DNA of 63,424 nt, counting the filler. It is 7 parts of 7 records of this genome, joined end to end, with 100 filler letters (N's around TTAATTAATTAA, not from the genome) between each part and the next. Parts side by side here need not be neighbours in the genome. Positions count along the whole stretch, not along the records: positions 19,936 to 31,058 come from SRR31156797_17189; 6 more parts are not named here. The stretch is one strand, 5' to 3'. The notes below the pieces were generated by a model, which saw nothing but the letters and a program-made list of their open reading frames with translations, searched no databases and had not been told where the DNA came from. Each line of letters opens with the position of its first letter. The first letter of the stretch is position 1. The translations under genes and the position numbers were made by a program. Below are positions 19,976 through 29,349 of the stretch, in pieces.

Positions 19976-20017
19976 AAAAAAAACAAGTGACCGAAAGTAA
20001 AAACAAGATCAGTCACT
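19976..20017 (-). terminator. Intrinsic terminator
   Basis: Minus strand AGTGACTGA…TCGGTCACT followed by a T-run, after the binding-protein gene. Confidence 0.6.
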
Positions 20018-20047
20018 ATATTTTAGTTTTTAGATTCTAATAGTTTC

Positions 20048-20749
20048 TTACTTAATCAATCTTTTTTCTACATTTTCAATTAACATTTCAAGTTGCCCAT
20101 TTTCTTTCATTTCAATTATTTTATTATTCACCATCTCAACTTCATCAAAGTTTCTTTCATGCAAATAATGAAATAATTTTACTTCTTGCAAAATATTTTC
20201 ACTTGCTTTTACATTACTAATATTTAAAGATTTCATTACTTGTCTTCCAGTAACTGTATTAGTTATTGCAACATCTACTCTTCCACTACTTACCATTTTT
20301 ATTAGTTGGTCAGCATTTGCTACTTCATTTACAACTTTTGCATCTTTAGCCAGTGCTGCTTGAACTTTGATTCCTCTAACAATCGCTACTTTATATTTAG
20401 CTAAGTCCTCTTTTGACTTAATAACTATTCCACTTCCTTTTTTAATATACGCTACCAGTTTAACACTGTAGTATGACGTAGGAACTCTTATTAAACTTGG
20501 GTAAACGTTACCAAATACAAAAGCTCTCATTACTTCTCCATCAACATCACCATCAGAAGCAAGTTTTGCTGCACGGTGTCCGGGGTAACCTTTAACAATT
20601 GCCGTTTCTCCCATCCCTTGATAAATTCCTTTTACTATCTCTCCACCGATTTCTTGCTCTAAAACTCCACCAATTCTTACAAATTCATAATCTCGGGCAA
20701 ATAGGTTTACACTTAAAACTAGTATTACAAAACAAATAACCTTTTTCAT
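20048..20749 (-). CDS. Periplasmic solute-binding protein (family 3-like)
   Basis: MKK signal peptide after GAGGGGAG; GDVDGE, LIRVP, MVSSGRVD, MKENG. Confidence 0.8.
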   Translation of the reverse strand: MKKVICFVILVLSVNLFARDYEFVRIGGVLEQEIGGEIVKGIYQGMGETAIVKGYPGHRAAKLASDGDVDGEVMRAFVFGNVYPSLIRVPTSYYSVKLVAYIKKGSGIVIKSKEDLAKYKVAIVRGIKVQAALAKDAKVVNEVANADQLIKMVSSGRVDVAITNTVTGRQVMKSLNISNVKASENILQEVKLFHYLHERNFDEVEMVNNKIIEMKENGQLEMLIENVEKRLIK

Positions 20750-21051
20750 ACTTATCACTCCCCTCATTTTTTACTCTGTTTAAATTATACTCCCAAATAC
20801 AACAAAACCCTTCTTTCCTTAAATTAATCTATTATTAGAAGTCAAATATGGTACTCATACTTTTTTCTGTATGAAATACACGCAAAATATTCTATTTCAA
20901 AAAAAAATGAAAAGATTCAATGTTGTTCAATTTTTTTATGAATAGTACAATAATATAACAAAGAATTAGTTAATAGATAAAATTAAAAAAATTTATCTAT
21001 AGTTGTAAGTAGTTTGATTATTGGAACATTATAGTAAAGCTTGGAGGATAT

Positions 21052-23163
21052 ATGTTAAACAGACGTTGCTTAGATATAATAAATCATTTAATAGAAAATA
21101 ATAACTTAGTTAATATTAAAGAACTGGCTGAATCCTATAAAATTAGTGAAAGAAGCATTCGATATGATATCGAAAATATTAACTATTTTTTTGTTAAAAA
21201 TGATTTAAATTCACTGGTTAAAGAAAGTAAAGGAATCTATAAAATTGATGAAAAAAAAGAGAGACTTAATAATATACTCGAATTACTAAACGTTCAATTT
21301 TATACATTTTCTAAAACTGAAAGACAAGAATATTTAAAAGCAATCTGTTTATTTTCAGAAAGCGTAATCAGACTACATGAAATTTCGGAAACTTTATCTG
21401 TTAGTATAAGTACTATCAAAGTTGATCTAAAAGAAGTTAAAATGTTTCTAAACGAAAAAGGGCTGAATCTTAAATTTTTACCTAAACTTGGTTTGGTTTT
21501 AGATGGAAGTGAAGAGAAAATTCGTAAGCTTCAATTAAAATTTCTTTTGGAATATATAAATATTTCTAACGATGAGCTTCTGATAAAATCTCTTGAAAAT
21601 GAAACTCTTGGTTATAAAATTATAGTTAAAGAATTAATCGCTTATTTTGATGAGATTGCACTGCGAGATGTTAGAATTTTTATCAAAAGAATAGAGAAAC
21701 AATTAAAAACGCTTATTTCAGATGAAGCTTATGAAGTTTTGGAATTTTATCTCCTAATTGCAATTAAGAGATTACAAAAAGCCTGCTTAATTAATAAAAG
21801 AGCTGAAAATGAAAATTTCTTAAAAAATACACATGAGTATAAAATACTTATGCTTGAGCTTAATAATTTTGAAAATAATTTCAATATAAAATTCAATGAT
21901 TCCGAAACTCTTCTATTAACTGAATTATTTCTGGGAAGTCACTCATATAACTTTAGTACTTCTTTTTATGAAAACTGGATTGAAATAGAGATCTCAGTTA
22001 ACGAAATGATAAAAGTAGTAGGAAATAATCTGGGAATTAACTTTTCCAATGACAAGATCTTGCTAAACGGTTTGCTAAATCATATGAAGCCTGCGATATA
22101 TAGAATTAAAAACGATATTGTATTAGAAAATGCAATATCAAATGAAACACGATTAGTATATGAAGAATTATTTGAAAATGTACAAATTGCATGTAAAAAA
22201 CATTTTGAACCATATATAAATAAAGAGATTCCTGATGAAGAAGTGGCGTTTTTGACTATTCATTTTAAAATAGCTCTGGATAGAAAAAATAATATCATTA
22301 GAAATACTAAAAATATTATTCTGGTATCCGGTTTTGGCTATGGAAGTTCTGAATTATTATCACAGAAACTTCTAGAAAAATATGATGTAAATATCTTAGA
22401 CGTACTCCCATATCATAAATTTCTCGAGATAGATAATTATGAGAATATTGACCTTATAATCTCAACTCTTGATATTAACCCTAAAATAGGATATCCGTTT
22501 CCTATTATAAAAGTTAACCCAATCTTTTCTAAAAAAGACAGAAAAAACCTAGAACAATTTGGCTTAACTGAAAGCAAAAGAAAGGTTTCATTAACTAAAT
22601 TAGTTAGTGCAATCTCCAGTGAAAATAATATAGACAATGAAGTGAAATTAGCTGAAACTCTTAAAAAGTTCTTTGGTTCGAAACTTCTTGATGATAGAGA
22701 AAAATTACATAAAAAAAGTTTGTCTACTCTTTTATCTCCCAAAAATATCAAACTTAATATTGAAGTGGAAAATTGGGAAGAAGCAGTTAGATTTGCCGGT
22801 CAGGTATTAATAGATAATAATTCTGTGAAAGAGGACTATATTGATGAAATGATTAAATCAGTAAATAATAATGGAAGTTACATGATAGTAGCGGATAAAA
22901 TAGCTCTACCTCATGCCAGAAATACCAGTTCTATTCTTAAAACTGATATGAGTCTAATAAAGCTAAAAACTCCTGTTATTTTTCCTGAAAATAAAAAAAT
23001 TCAGATATTATTTCCATTCTCAAGTGTTGATCAGAACGAACATATTGAGGCTCTTTCGCAATTAATTACTTTAATTGAGGATTATGATCTGATTGATATT
23101 ATAGAGAATACAAATTCCGCTGGGAAGTTAAAAGAATATATTGAGCAAAACGAAGAAATCTAA
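21052..23163 (+). CDS. PRD-containing transcriptional regulator (HTH-Mga-PRD-PRD-EIIB-EIIA; MtlR/ManR/LicR type)
   Basis: ISERSIRYDI HTH, VSISTIKVDL, PRD2 LLNHM and LTIHF, EIIB-like loop, EIIA IALPHAR. Confidence 0.92.
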   Translation: MLNRRCLDIINHLIENNNLVNIKELAESYKISERSIRYDIENINYFFVKNDLNSLVKESKGIYKIDEKKERLNNILELLNVQFYTFSKTERQEYLKAICLFSESVIRLHEISETLSVSISTIKVDLKEVKMFLNEKGLNLKFLPKLGLVLDGSEEKIRKLQLKFLLEYINISNDELLIKSLENETLGYKIIVKELIAYFDEIALRDVRIFIKRIEKQLKTLISDEAYEVLEFYLLIAIKRLQKACLINKRAENENFLKNTHEYKILMLELNNFENNFNIKFNDSETLLLTELFLGSHSYNFSTSFYENWIEIEISVNEMIKVVGNNLGINFSNDKILLNGLLNHMKPAIYRIKNDIVLENAISNETRLVYEELFENVQIACKKHFEPYINKEIPDEEVAFLTIHFKIALDRKNNIIRNTKNIILVSGFGYGSSELLSQKLLEKYDVNILDVLPYHKFLEIDNYENIDLIISTLDINPKIGYPFPIIKVNPIFSKKDRKNLEQFGLTESKRKVSLTKLVSAISSENNIDNEVKLAETLKKFFGSKLLDDREKLHKKSLSTLLSPKNIKLNIEVENWEEAVRFAGQVLIDNNSVKEDYIDEMIKSVNNNGSYMIVADKIALPHARNTSSILKTDMSLIKLKTPVIFPENKKIQILFPFSSVDQNEHIEALSQLITLIEDYDLIDIIENTNSAGKLKEYIEQNEEI

Positions 23164-23191
23164 ATTATACTAGAATTTGGGGGCGTTTATA

Positions 23192-23560
23192 TTGAACAAA
23201 AGCGTATTAATTGCAGATAAAGCCACAGTTTCAAGAGGAGTAATCAAATACACACTGGAAGGTGCAGGGTATAAGGTAATCGGAGAAGCAGATAACGGAG
23301 ATGAGCTTGTAGAAAAATATAATCACTTAGCTCCGGAATTTATCATGCTTAATCTCTCAATTTTTCATAATAATGAAATCAGTTCTATTACTAATTTCAT
23401 CAAATCTAATAAGCATCGTAAAATCATTATTACAGGTTGTTCTAAACAAAGACAGCATATTTTTGATGCTCTGGAGGCTGGAGCAAAATATTTCATTCAA
23501 AAACCTATTACGCCTCTCAAATTATTACAAGTGTTTCGAGAAGTTGAAATATTAATCTAG
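23192..23560 (+). CDS. CheY-like single-domain receiver, atypical (no phospho-Asp)
   Basis: Aligns with CheY (VIGEADNG..VEKY, DALEAGAKYFIQKP) but DD is DK and the acceptor Asp is Asn. TTG start at 23192 (or 23177). Confidence 0.85.
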   Translation: MNKSVLIADKATVSRGVIKYTLEGAGYKVIGEADNGDELVEKYNHLAPEFIMLNLSIFHNNEISSITNFIKSNKHRKIIITGCSKQRQHIFDALEAGAKYFIQKPITPLKLLQVFREVEILI

Positions 23561-23612
23561 AAAAAACTCTAAGCTTACAAAAAACCAAAATAGAACAGAA
23601 TTTTTCTATAAC

Positions 23613-23647
23613 AAATAAAAAGCCCATCTCCTAATAGAAGCTGGGCT
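23613..23647 (-). terminator. Intrinsic terminator
   Basis: Minus strand AGCCCA-GCTTCTA…TAGGAGA-TGGGCT-TTTT between convergent genes. Confidence 0.6.
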
Positions 23648-23801
23648 ATAACTAAATCTGAGGAGATTTTGTTAATATAAATTTAGTCGATTTAAAGTTC
23701 CTTCATTTCTCTCAATAATTCTCTTCTTCTTTTGATTTTATTTATAATTTTTTTCATCATGATTTTTAATTGTATTTTTATTCATATCACTCCTATTTAA
23801 A

Positions 23802-24866
23802 CTATAAATTAATGATATCTAATTCATACAACATTTTATCCAATTTTTTTTTCACAATTTCAGGTTTTAATTTATATGCTTCTGTAATAGAGTCAAGGTT
23901 CGTTTTGGATTTTCTATAAACTCTGTACTCCTCCTCAGTCATTTCCAAGGCATGATTTAAATCAACTACTCTATGTCTTTCCCCTTCATTCGGAATCCAA
24001 GTTGCTTTACTTCCTTTTAAATAGTTAATTGTAAAAGTTGGAATTCCTACAGCTTCTGCAATATGTCTGGGACCACCTTCATTTCCAATATAAATATCTA
24101 CATTGGAAAATAGCACTGCTAATTCTCTAATATTTTTAGTTTCTATATCAATAAAAATTCTATCAGGTTTTATAGTTTGAAATTTAATATCTTCAGCATA
24201 TTTTCTTTCATTTGGAGAATTATGAAGTACTATATTTGCATCTGTTGTTTTGAGATAATAATTAATTAATTCCACAAAATACTCTTTTGGCCAGATTTTA
24301 TACTTCCTACGACTATTTACTCCAAATGCTAAAACAGATTTATCAAAATCTACGCCTTTATTTTTCATTCTTACTTTCATTTCTACTTTTTCCGGTTTTT
24401 CTAAGTATATTTCAAAATCATTTGTAAATTCCCAATTCTCATCTATACCTTTTAGTAATGCGTTTCTTTTTTCTAATGTAGAAACAACACCTTTTCTTTC
24501 AATTCTGGAATTATAAAAAAGTTTATTAATCCAATTATCCTTTTTTAAAGCTATTTTATTATTTGCATTTAAGATCATGGTCATAACAGCCGTCATTGGT
24601 GTTAAAATCATATCAATTGAATGATCATAATTATGTTTAGCATATCCCTTTTTATTCTTTATTAGTTTCAGTATATTTTTTCGCTCACCTTTGGGTATCT
24701 CGATTATTTTATCAATATTAGGATCACTTTGAATTAACGGTGCAATGAAATCATAAACATAATAATGAATTTCTGATTCCGGATATTTTTGCTTAATATT
24801 TTTAAAAATAGTTGTAGTTAATAAAACATCTCCAATTTGCTTTAATTGAATTACTGCAATTTTCAT
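23802..24866 (-). CDS. Glycosyltransferase family 9 (LPS heptosyltransferase-like)
   Basis: QLKQIGDVLLTT, KIWPKEYF, GNEGGPRHIAEAVGIPT. Confidence 0.92.
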   Translation of the reverse strand: MKIAVIQLKQIGDVLLTTTIFKNIKQKYPESEIHYYVYDFIAPLIQSDPNIDKIIEIPKGERKNILKLIKNKKGYAKHNYDHSIDMILTPMTAVMTMILNANNKIALKKDNWINKLFYNSRIERKGVVSTLEKRNALLKGIDENWEFTNDFEIYLEKPEKVEMKVRMKNKGVDFDKSVLAFGVNSRRKYKIWPKEYFVELINYYLKTTDANIVLHNSPNERKYAEDIKFQTIKPDRIFIDIETKNIRELAVLFSNVDIYIGNEGGPRHIAEAVGIPTFTINYLKGSKATWIPNEGERHRVVDLNHALEMTEEEYRVYRKSKTNLDSITEAYKLKPEIVKKKLDKMLYELDIINL

Positions 24867-24972
24867 ACTCCCACTCCTTTACATACATTCTAGGTTGTAT
24901 TTTAAAAATAAAATAATATTTCAAAAATTTTATCTGCTGTTTTATGTATAAATTTTATTTAAATATAATATC

Positions 24973-25013
24973 AACAACTGACTAAAAAGTCAATGACTTT
25001 TTAGTCAGTTGTT
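24973..25013. repeat. 41-bp palindrome (perfect 20-bp arms, 1-nt centre)
   Basis: AACAACTGACTAAAAAGTCA-A-TGACTTTTTAGTCAGTTGTT. Confidence 0.95.
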
Positions 25014-25119
25014 TTCGTGTATGTTTATACTCCTAAAAAAGATACTTTTAAGATGTTTATTCGTTGACACAATAAAAGAAATTATTTTATATACACTGTA
25101 TGTAGCGTAAAATTTTACA

Positions 25120-25161
25120 AAATAAAAAGCGGAATTCTCATTTATTTGAGAAGTTCCGCTT
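25120..25161 (-). terminator. Intrinsic terminator after the PAS-GGDEF gene
   Basis: AAGCGGAA(C)TTCTCA-loop-TGAGAATTCCGCTT followed by TTTATTTT on the minus strand. Confidence 0.75.
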
Positions 25162-25225
25162 AATTTTTTTGCTATTCAATAATTATCTCAAAATCCTACT
25201 TGCTTATTTATTAGTTTGCTATACT

Positions 25226-26128
25226 CTAATCAACATTAACCCTATCTTTCCCTTGAATTTTGCTTAGATACATTAGTTTGTCAGCTCTGGATATTATCTC
25301 CTCTATACTCTCTTCAGAGTTGATTATAGTTGCACCAACCGAAACAGTTATTTTTACAGATAGTTCTCCTACTCTTATCTCTGTATTTTTTATGAGTACT
25401 CTTAACTTTTCAGTAACTACACTTATATCTTCAGTTTTTTTAAACTTAATAATACCGACAAACTCATCTTTACCCCATCTGCCAACTATATCTAATTTTC
25501 GTAAATTCTCTTTTAAAGTTTTTGATACCGCTTTCAGTATCGAGTCCCCAACATTACGACCATTTTTATCATTTACAACTGCTAAATCATCAATATTCAT
25601 CAAAAATAAGCCATAATTTTTATTAGTATAATTTACTTCATTAATCTTAAACTCTAATTCTTCTTTCAAATATTTTCTATTAGGCAGATCGGTCAATGTA
25701 TCAAGCATCTCAAATTTTATTAGTTCATCTTTATCTTCTAATATATTAAACTCTTCGAACTCTTTACAAAATATTTGTATCGCTCCAACTACATCCCCTT
25801 GTTCATCTGTAGCCGGAAGAGTTTTTACTTTAACAGGAATTCTATGACCTTTTTTGTGATGAAGAAAAACCCTCTCTTCTTGTTCGATGCCTTCTTTTAT
25901 TGAAATTAAAAGAGGGCAGTGATCTTTACAGAGATCATTACCTGTTTCATCTATGTGATTTAAAATATTATCATAACAATGTTTATTTTTAACTTCAGTT
26001 GATTTGAAACCTGTAATTTCTTCAGCTCTTTTATTCCAAAACTTGATTTTTCTGTCTTTATCTACACAATAGACACCTTCATCTAATTTATTAAGGATTT
26101 TCTGAATATTTCTATTTATCAGTTCCAT
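25226..26128 (-). CDS. PAS + degenerate GGDEF domain protein
   Basis: PAS (WNKRAEEITG), D.LT.LPNR, signature GRWGKDEF, ADKLMY.SK..GKD. Confidence 0.9.
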   Translation of the reverse strand: MELINRNIQKILNKLDEGVYCVDKDRKIKFWNKRAEEITGFKSTEVKNKHCYDNILNHIDETGNDLCKDHCPLLISIKEGIEQEERVFLHHKKGHRIPVKVKTLPATDEQGDVVGAIQIFCKEFEEFNILEDKDELIKFEMLDTLTDLPNRKYLKEELEFKINEVNYTNKNYGLFLMNIDDLAVVNDKNGRNVGDSILKAVSKTLKENLRKLDIVGRWGKDEFVGIIKFKKTEDISVVTEKLRVLIKNTEIRVGELSVKITVSVGATIINSEESIEEIISRADKLMYLSKIQGKDRVNVD

Positions 26129-26253
26129 ATTAAACTACTCCTCTCTCCTTAGGCAGTAAGTTAAACGTTGATTTCTCAATAATAAGTTCGTTCTCTACTA
26201 TACTATACTGTCCAATACATAAATTCTCCTTTATTAATGAGAGAAGTTTAGTT

Positions 26254-26300
26254 AAAAAAAATAATCGCACTATCAGATAAGTGATAGTACGATTATTTTT
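26254..26300 (-). terminator. Intrinsic terminator after rtcB
   Basis: Minus strand AATAATCGTACTATCA-loop-TGATAGTGCGATTATT followed by a T-run. Confidence 0.8.
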
Positions 26301-27466
26301 TAAGCTTTAAAATTATAAAGCGGCTTAATAATATCAATTACTTCTACAGTTTCTATTATATTATCAAGTATCTCCTTTATTGGTTTATAGACCATTGGTG
26401 CTTCATCAATAGTTGACTGTTTTACTGATGTAGTCCATACATCTTTCATTTCAGCTTGAAATTCATCTAATTTAAATTTGGCTTTTGCTCCCGTACGCGA
26501 ATATAATCTCCCTGCCCCGTGAGGAGCTGAGTTATTCCATTCATCATTTCCTTTTCCTATTGCTAATATTGAGCCGTCACGCATATTTATAGGTATCAAT
26601 ACTTTTTCATCTTTTTTAGCTGAGATCGCTCCCTTTCTTACTATATTACTATCATGATCAATATAGTTATGTATAGTTGTAAATTTATCTAATTTCTCAT
26701 ATCCAATTCCTAAAAATTCAACTATCTTTTGCGTCATATATATTCTGTTTACTCTGGCATATTCTTGTGCTAATTCCATATCTTTTAGATATTCTTGTGC
26801 TTGCCATCCCTCCAAAAAAGAGAGTTGTTTAGGTACATTATATTCTGATTCTTTTAGTTCTTTTTTACTTTTTTTCTCTTCTCTAAGCTCACCGAGCATA
26901 TATGCACAGTACTCCTGGGCTTTTTTCTGATGATATTTTGCTACCTGATTACCGAAACCTCGTGAACCTGAATGAATTACCAAATAAACATCTCCGTCTT
27001 TTCCTCTGTTTATCTCAATAAAGTGATTTCCACCTCCGAGAGTTCCCAATGATTTAACACATCTCATATTGTCAGCACCTATTTTTTTAGCGACTTCAGC
27101 TACTTGTTCTTTCAAATCACGAGAGATTACTTTCAGTGGTTTTTTATTCACACCAAAACCATGAGGAATCTTCTCTCTGATATATTTATCCAGTTCTTCA
27201 AAATTTATCTCGATATTTTTGCCTAATTTAACAGTTTCCATACCACAACCAATATCAACTCCAACAATATTAGGTATTATTTTTTTACCTAAGTCTGCTG
27301 TAAATCCTATAACACACCCCATTCCGGCATGAGCGTCCGGCATTATCCTAATCTTGCTACCTTCAAATGCTTTTTGTGATAAAACTTCTTTTATTTGATT
27401 AATTGATTCTGATTCGATATTATCTGTGAATACTATCGCTTCCCCGTATTTACCTTTTATTTTCAT
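26300..27466 (-). CDS. rtcB: RtcB family RNA 2',3'-cyclic-phosphate/5'-OH ligase
   Basis: MPDAHAG, GVDIGCG, GTLGGGNHFIE, HSGSRG, HNY, HGAGR, DEAP..YK. Confidence 0.95.
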   Translation of the reverse strand: MKIKGKYGEAIVFTDNIESESINQIKEVLSQKAFEGSKIRIMPDAHAGMGCVIGFTADLGKKIIPNIVGVDIGCGMETVKLGKNIEINFEELDKYIREKIPHGFGVNKKPLKVISRDLKEQVAEVAKKIGADNMRCVKSLGTLGGGNHFIEINRGKDGDVYLVIHSGSRGFGNQVAKYHQKKAQEYCAYMLGELREEKKSKKELKESEYNVPKQLSFLEGWQAQEYLKDMELAQEYARVNRIYMTQKIVEFLGIGYEKLDKFTTIHNYIDHDSNIVRKGAISAKKDEKVLIPINMRDGSILAIGKGNDEWNNSAPHGAGRLYSRTGAKAKFKLDEFQAEMKDVWTTSVKQSTIDEAPMVYKPIKEILDNIIETVEVIDIIKPLYNFKA

Positions 27467-27643
27467 TTTTACCCCCGCATATTCTTTTAGTTTTTAATTT
27501 TTATATTAATTTTGAATTTCCTATACTTGATATTAATACGAAGCAGTCAAAAGGTCAAGTAATTTTCAAAACAAAATTTGCAGATATTCATCAAAAACAA
27601 TATACTTAATATTAGAATCATATTCTAAAAAGGAGTGAGCTCT

Positions 27644-29101
27644 ATGTACGATATACTTATAATTGGTGCTGGAGTAATAGGGTCTATTATTGCCAGGGAA
27701 TTATCAAAATATAAATTAAAAATTGCGATTCTTGAAAAAGAAGATGATGTCAGTTGTGGTGCCAGTAAAGCTAATTCAGGTATTATTCACGGGGGTTATG
27801 ATGCCAAACATGGTACTCTCAAATCCAGATTATCCCGTAAAGGAAACCAAATGTATGATCAACTTAACACTGAGTTAAATTTTGGCCTGGATCGAATAGG
27901 GAGTTTAGTACTCGCTTTTCATGAAGAGGATAGAGTAAAGTTAGTAAAATTAATGGAAAATGGAATTAAAAACGGGGTTGATGATCTAAAAATTTTGACA
28001 TATGATGAAATCAAAGAGATTGAACCCAATATAAACCCTGATGTGCATAGCGCACTTTATTGCCCAAGTGCCGGTGTTGTTTCCCCATACGAAGTTACTA
28101 TTGCACTTGCAGAAAATGCTATTCATAATGGAGTTGAACTATTTCTAAGTGAAGAGGTTATTAATATAACAAAAGATAAAATATTTAAGATAAAAACACC
28201 TTATAGCAACTTTCAGGCTAAATATGTAATAAATTGTGCAGGTATCTACAGTGATAAAATAGACAGTCTGCTAGGAGGAGATGACTTCTATATAACTCCA
28301 AGAAAAGGTGAATATATGGTATTTGAAAAATATTATGGTGATTTAGTAAATCATGTGCTTTTTCAGGTTCCATCCGAGCATGGAAAAGGTGTACTTGTTA
28401 CGAAAACTTATCATAATAATCTAATGATAGGTCCAAATGCTGAGGAAGCTCAGTCAAAAGATGACATCAGTACATCATTAGAAATATTGAAAACGATATA
28501 TAATAAATCTCATATCTCCATTGAAAGCATCGATGCAAATAAAATCATTCGATCATTTGCTGGTTTAAGAGCTACAAGCAGTAAACATGATTTTATAATC
28601 AAAGAGAGTTCCGTGGATAATTTTATCAACGTAGCCGGAATTGAATCCCCGGGTTTAACCAGCGCTCCGGCAATAGCTGAGATGGTAATTAAAGAGATTT
28701 TACTAAAAAAAGAGAAGTTCGAAATCAATAATAATTATGATCCATACAGAAAAGCTATAATTAAAAGAAAAAACAAAAATGAATTGTTAAGCGGCAAGGA
28801 GCTAAAACCTTTACTTGATAATGAGGAGTATATCTGTAGATGTGAACAAGTCAAAAAAAGTACTATCATTGATGCTCTCGCTAGAGGAATAGAAGTAACA
28901 TCTGTTGATGGTGTTAAAAGGCGTACTCGAGCTGGTATGGGAATATGCCAAGGTGCCTTCTGTGGTAATCGTGTCAAAAAAGTTATTACAGAATATTATG
29001 ATATTTCTATTGAAGATATAAGGAATAGGGATCTCGCTAGTGGTGTTATTAATGAACGTGCTGATAGAAAAGCTATCATAAAATATCTAAAAAATAACTA
29101 A
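27644..29101 (+). CDS. FAD-dependent oxidoreductase, GlpA/L-2-hydroxyglutarate oxidase-like, with C-terminal BFD-type [2Fe-2S] domain
   Basis: IIGAGVIG, SKANSGIIHGG, GIESPGLTSAPAIA, CRCE…RAGMGICQGAFC. Confidence 0.9.
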   Translation: MYDILIIGAGVIGSIIARELSKYKLKIAILEKEDDVSCGASKANSGIIHGGYDAKHGTLKSRLSRKGNQMYDQLNTELNFGLDRIGSLVLAFHEEDRVKLVKLMENGIKNGVDDLKILTYDEIKEIEPNINPDVHSALYCPSAGVVSPYEVTIALAENAIHNGVELFLSEEVINITKDKIFKIKTPYSNFQAKYVINCAGIYSDKIDSLLGGDDFYITPRKGEYMVFEKYYGDLVNHVLFQVPSEHGKGVLVTKTYHNNLMIGPNAEEAQSKDDISTSLEILKTIYNKSHISIESIDANKIIRSFAGLRATSSKHDFIIKESSVDNFINVAGIESPGLTSAPAIAEMVIKEILLKKEKFEINNNYDPYRKAIIKRKNKNELLSGKELKPLLDNEEYICRCEQVKKSTIIDALARGIEVTSVDGVKRRTRAGMGICQGAFCGNRVKKVITEYYDISIEDIRNRDLASGVINERADRKAIIKYLKNN

Positions 29102-29112
29102 ATTTTATCTAC

Positions 29113-29148
29113 AAAGGAGTTAATTCAATGAAATTAACTCCTTTTTTT
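29113..29148 (+). terminator. Intrinsic terminator
   Basis: AAAGGAGTTAATT-N6-AATTAACTCCTTT-TTTT. Confidence 0.8.
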
Positions 29149-29349
29149 ATTTTTTTCTATCATTTAATTATTCACACACTTCTCCAAACAATCAATTACA
29201 TCTCTTTAGACAAAAAGACTCTTCCAACCATAACTTTTATTACGTAAAATAACTTTTCAAGTCATAATTACTCGTGACACAAAAGAGGAAATACTAAAGC
29301 TCCTGAGAATACTAACTTATGGTGAGTATAAAATTCAAGGAGGGCAAAC

